64,000 nucleotides of DNA from Candidatus Tepidifontimicrobium thermophilum (lineage in GTDB: Bacteria; Sysuimicrobiota; Sysuimicrobiia; Sysuimicrobiales; Sysuimicrobiaceae), in contig JAVKHO010000013.1 of assembly GCA_031459915.1 (NCBI GenBank), forward strand, positions 24,104 through 88,103, written 5' to 3'. The notes under the pieces are model-generated. The model saw only the letters and a list, made by a program, of their open reading frames with translations, searched no databases and was not told the origin of the DNA. Shown here piece by piece: positions 60,486 to 64,000 of this stretch; position 1 is the stretch's first letter, and each line of letters begins with the position of its first letter. The position numbers and the translations under genes were made by a program.

Positions 60486-60944
60486 TCACAGGGGACCGGC
60501 GGTCTGAGCGCGGGGTACCACCACTTCGCGGTACACCCGGCCCAGGATCCCGTTCACGAACCGCCCCGAGTCCTCGGTGCTGTAGCGTTTGGCCAGTTCC
60601 ACGGCCTCGTTGATGACCACGCTGGGCGGCGTGTCGAAGTGCAACAGCTCGTGAATCGCCATGCGCAGGATGCACAGGTCCACGCGGGCCAGCCGGTCCA
60701 CCGGCCAGCCCTCCGCGTACCGCTCGATCAGGGCGTCGGCCTCCTGCCGGCTCTCCCACGCGCCCCGGCTGAGCCGGACCAGGAAGCGCCAGTCGTCCTC
60801 GCCCCAGGGCTCCGGCGGGCCGTCCTCCGGGGGCGTCCAGCCCTCCGCGTAGCGGGCCACCACCTCCTCCACCCGCTGCCGACCCACCTCCGCCTGGTAA
60901 AGGATCTGGAGCACGGCCTGTCGCGCCTTGTGCCGGCTGGCCAT
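60486..60944 (-). CDS. nusB: Transcription antitermination factor NusB
   Basis: RHKARQAVLQILYQ, WPVDRL, INEAVELAK, FVNGILG. Confidence 0.95.
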   Translation of the reverse strand: MASRHKARQAVLQILYQAEVGRQRVEEVVARYAEGWTPPEDGPPEPWGEDDWRFLVRLSRGAWESRQEADALIERYAEGWPVDRLARVDLCILRMAIHELLHFDTPPSVVINEAVELAKRYSTEDSGRFVNGILGRVYREVVVPRAQTAGPL

Positions 60945-61011
60945 GGCAAGGCCATTGTACCTGGAACCGGTACCTGGTACCGAAGTTGACATAACGTAGG
61001 GGCCTGGGGGA

Positions 61012-61494
61012 CTACCGGAACTCCCAGCGGAGGACGGAAACTGACTGGGGGGTCCCGTAGTTCTGGCCGCCGTACTGGATCTCCACCAGGGCCCACACGG
61101 TCCGGCTGTGGATCACACCTGCGCCGTCCACCACTTCGCCGGTGGAGGTGATCTCCCAGGTCCGCAGCTCCCGGTTTTCCGTGCACGTGGCGCCCGCGGA
61201 GAGTTCCGGCCTGCACTGGCTGCTGACAACGTAGCGCAGGTTAGGGCTCAGGGAGGCGGTGCCTACAGGCCCGGCGTTCTTGTCTTTCTTCAGCTCGTAC
61301 ACCTGGTGCTCCAGCCCCGCCTCGGCCGCGTACAGGGCCTTCCTGTCCCAGTCCACCAGCCGGTCGCTGTCGAGTTCGGCCACGGTGGTGCCCGCGAGGG
61401 CCGCGGTGAGTAGGGCCAGGACCACGAGGACAAACAGGGTCAGGGGTAGGGCGAGGCCGTGCTGGTCCCTGACGGCGCACAGCACGCGGGTCAC
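61012..61494 (-). CDS. PilX-like minor pilin
   Basis: G|LALPLTL hydrophobic N-terminus lacking Glu5, ALYAAEAGLE, ITSTGEV; GTGA overlap. Confidence 0.75.
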   Translation of the reverse strand: MTRVLCAVRDQHGLALPLTLFVLVVLALLTAALAGTTVAELDSDRLVDWDRKALYAAEAGLEHQVYELKKDKNAGPVGTASLSPNLRYVVSSQCRPELSAGATCTENRELRTWEITSTGEVVDGAGVIHSRTVWALVEIQYGGQNYGTPQSVSVLRWEFR

Positions 61495-63146
61495 CGCCAG
61501 ACCTCCGGTCTCAGCACCGCGCGGCCCACCACTTCCACCGACCGCACCGGACCCCGCACGGGGTCCGGGTCCGGGTCCCTGGCCACCAGCCGGACCTCCA
61601 CCCCGTTTATCGACCCCAGCTCGGCGCAGCCCGCCTCGTGGGTGTACTTGAAGCACCGGACCAGCATGCGGTCGAAGAAGCCTGCGAGAGGCTGCGGGGG
61701 CTGCCCCGGGGGAAGCACCGTAGCGAGCTCTTCCTCCTGGCCCAACTGAGAGACCGGCTCCTCTCCGAGCCGCGCCTCCTGTACCCTCGGCATCCGTATC
61801 CAGAGCAGGTGGTGCAGGTGGTCCAGAGGTTGCGCTGACGTAGCGGCGGACCCGTTCACCAGGGAAATGTGGTTGCCCGACCGGACGCACGAAGGGGAAA
61901 CGTCGGAGTAGTCGATCTGCCACGCCGGCTCCGTAGACCCGTCCTGCCAGACCTTCCCCCGGAGCCGGACCGGGTTGCTGGTAGAACACGGCTGCGCAGG
62001 ATTGGGAGGACCCGTGACCTCAAAGCGGGCCCAGTACACCCTGTTGGGCTGGATCGTCACGGTGCTCTGGGCCAGCACAGTCCCTCCCGAGCCCCAGCCG
62101 GACGCCCTCCTCAGGGTCAGGCGGTTGTTGGAGTTAGTCTCCCCGGGCACCAGCCAGTATCCGGCTCCGTTGTCCTGCAGCCGCACGCCGACGCCCACCT
62201 GGCGGCGGTTGTTCCCGACACTCAGGGAGGTGAACCTCCAAACGGCCTCCACGCCCGCGTGCCCCGGCAGCGACTTGGACAGCTGCCGGAATCCGGTTCC
62301 GCTGGTGGCCGTGAAGCGGAAGCCCGAGCTGGAGGCCACGTACGAGCCGGGCCGGCTGTCCCTGCGGACCCACCCGTAGAGGCTGCTGCCGTCTTCCGCC
62401 TCGAGGAACACCCTGTCGCGGTCCTCAGGAGGTTGCCTGGCCTGCGTGGCCCCGTAGTAGACGAAGTACCCGCCGTCTGCTCCACCTCCGGGAATGTCCC
62501 GCTGCACCCTGAACCAGACCTTCACCTGGGAGGCCAGGCAGCCCGGCGAGCTGTTGCTCGTACTGTTCCACTGCGAGCCGGGGTCCAGAATCCGGTGCAG
62601 CTCCCACATGCGGGACCCGTCCCAGTACCAGACCCTCACGTCCTGGCCGTCCGGCCGGCTCTTGCCCTGGGAGACCAGCGCCGCGTGGTCCAGGCAGAAG
62701 GACGCGTCGTATCCCCGCGGGATCGGCTGTCCCGGGGGCGCCTGGACCGTGAGCTGCCTGCGGAACCGCGCGTCGGTGTCGAAGGCCCAGCTCCAGGAGT
62801 GCGTGAGGTGGCCGCCACCGTCCAGCCGGTACTCCACGACCCGGGCCAGGGCGTCCTTGCCGTGTTCCTGTGCCCGGGGCAGCTCTACCCTCAGCAGGCC
62901 GTCCGTGGCCTGTCTCGCCGCCACCGCCGCGCGCAGGTCGCGGGTCATCTGGTCCAGGGCCACCCTGGCGTTGCCGAGCATGTCTTGGGACCGCCGCACT
63001 TCCCCGTAGCCCTGCTCGCCCGTGGTCAGCAGAGGAAGGACCCCTGCGACCACCAGGCTCACGAGCAGCAGGACGACTACCACCTCAAGCAGGGTGAACC
63101 CGCTGGCCGCGCCGGGGCTACCACCGCGAGGTGACCCTCGTCTCAT
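61491..63146 (-). CDS. Large type IV prepilin-like protein (PilW-like) with inserted DUF2341-like and beta-sandwich domains
   Basis: G|FTLLEV, ARVALDQMTRDLRAA; internal DGQDVRVWY, VWFRV, YFVYYG; 551 aa. Confidence 0.7.
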   Translation of the reverse strand: MRRGSPRGGSPGAASGFTLLEVVVVLLLVSLVVAGVLPLLTTGEQGYGEVRRSQDMLGNARVALDQMTRDLRAAVAARQATDGLLRVELPRAQEHGKDALARVVEYRLDGGGHLTHSWSWAFDTDARFRRQLTVQAPPGQPIPRGYDASFCLDHAALVSQGKSRPDGQDVRVWYWDGSRMWELHRILDPGSQWNSTSNSSPGCLASQVKVWFRVQRDIPGGGADGGYFVYYGATQARQPPEDRDRVFLEAEDGSSLYGWVRRDSRPGSYVASSSGFRFTATSGTGFRQLSKSLPGHAGVEAVWRFTSLSVGNNRRQVGVGVRLQDNGAGYWLVPGETNSNNRLTLRRASGWGSGGTVLAQSTVTIQPNRVYWARFEVTGPPNPAQPCSTSNPVRLRGKVWQDGSTEPAWQIDYSDVSPSCVRSGNHISLVNGSAATSAQPLDHLHHLLWIRMPRVQEARLGEEPVSQLGQEEELATVLPPGQPPQPLAGFFDRMLVRCFKYTHEAGCAELGSINGVEVRLVARDPDPDPVRGPVRSVEVVGRAVLRPEVWR

Positions 63147-63540
63147 AACGCACCTGAAGCTCGCCGGAATCGCACGCGCCGCTGGAGTTCCCGTCCACGC
63201 AGGCCACCACCCACGCGTTCCTCAGCCACCCGCCCACCGGGTCCGTCTGGAAGGACGTCACGCCCCACTGCAGGAGGCAGTTGGGTGGGAAGTAGTGTCC
63301 CGGGTCGTGGGGTGGCGGGCAGGACTCGGACCCGGCTCCGACTCCTACCGACCCGTCGAACAGACCGGCCCGGAGCTCCTCCAGTCTGCCCGAGGCCACC
63401 GCGGACAGAATGCTCAGGTCCCGGTCCGACTGGTTGGCCGCCACCAGCGACGGGTACAGCTCCAGGAGAGGGACCAGCGCAAGCGCCAGGAGCAGGACGC
63501 TGACCAGTACCTCCACGAGGGTGTGGCCTTGTTGCCTCAC
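63118..63540 (-). CDS. Minor type IV pilin (PilV-like)
   Basis: QQG|HTLVEVLVS, LEELRA; GTG 63540. Confidence 0.75.
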   Translation of the reverse strand: MRQQGHTLVEVLVSVLLLALALVPLLELYPSLVAANQSDRDLSILSAVASGRLEELRAGLFDGSVGVGAGSESCPPPHDPGHYFPPNCLLQWGVTSFQTDPVGGWLRNAWVVACVDGNSSGACDSGELQVRYETRVTSRW

Positions 63541-63992
63541 GGGACGGCCCTCGCGTAGCCGGTAGCCAGCGTCACCCGCACGCGCGAAGTCGCCGGACCG
63601 GAGCAAAGAATGATGTCTACAGACACCGGGCCCACGATGCCCACCGCTCCGGAAGGCTTGAAGGGAACCTGTGCGGGCGCACTGGCCGCGACCCCTGCGG
63701 GGAGCGCCTTGGGGAAGTCCGGCTCGTCCGGCCCCCCCTGCCTGCGGACGGCGTACAGGGTGTAAGGCCCGCACGGGCCAGCTGGAGGCCGGAACTCCAC
63801 CACGTACGTCGCGCCCCCGGACACCGCCAGCTGCCGGGCGAGGCCCATGTCGGCGACCAGCTCGCGCGCCGCGACCCGCACTTCCAGCTCCGGGGCCGGC
63901 AGGAGGTTCGGGACCGCCACCGCGAGCAGCAAAGCGATGAGGGCCAGCGAGGCTGTCACTTCCGCAAGGCTGACGCCTGCGCTGGCCCTCAC
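63537..63992 (-). CDS. Minor pilin (FimT/GspH-like)
   Basis: G|VSLAEV...AVP, AARELVADMGLARQLAV, FKPSG, TG. Confidence 0.75.
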   Translation of the reverse strand: MRASAGVSLAEVTASLALIALLLAVAVPNLLPAPELEVRVAARELVADMGLARQLAVSGGATYVVEFRPPAGPCGPYTLYAVRRQGGPDEPDFPKALPAGVAASAPAQVPFKPSGAVGIVGPVSVDIILCSGPATSRVRVTLATGYARAVP

Positions 63993-64000
63993 GGTCGGGT

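Noticed and set aside
55677..60944. Absence of xseAB, dxs and argR from the nusB-ispA-tlyA-nadK-recN block
   Set aside because: Ordinary lineage-level variation of a conserved gene block.
61561..61578. GGGTCC x3 short tandem repeat (similar near 38050)
   Set aside because: Encodes an in-frame Asp-Pro linker; a 6 nt unit cannot cause phase-variable frameshifts.

Overview
A very GC-rich, densely coding bacterial chromosome segment with about 62 CDS. I recognised no rRNA, tRNA, CRISPR array, transposase or integrase. Left to right it holds: tandem acetyl-CoA synthetases; a PHP hydrolase; a MoaD-MoaE fusion; a Liv-type ABC transporter with an embedded long-chain acyl-CoA ligase, whose binding-protein and second ATPase genes are inverted. 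A ~21 kb minus-strand run follows (read in transcription order: iscA, nifU-like, rtcB, acyl-CoA dehydrogenase, split MetE, SRPBCC, malQ, glgB, glgX, GH13 glucosidase, mrp, ALDH, OstA-like, DUF2090 aldolase, Zn-ADH). Next come yjbQ, moeB-rhodanese and a ferredoxin-NADP reductase; a branched-chain 2-oxoacid dehydrogenase/lipA operon ending in a redoxin and an HPF/RaiA-sigma2-like fusion; PerR/Fur, a degenerate DtxR and DUF981; a membrane Mo-oxidoreductase; five genes for secreted proteins; a GntR-FAH-homocitrate-synthase-like-SBP-SDR cluster; nusB-acyP-ispA-tlyA-nadK-recN; and four minor type IV pilins. Best candidates for undescribed biology: the HPF-sigma2 fusion, the metal-ligand-less DtxR coupled to a PerR-like regulator, the GntR cluster, the secreted-protein cluster and a domain-inserted minor pilin. 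All product calls come from reading motifs by eye; no database searches were run.
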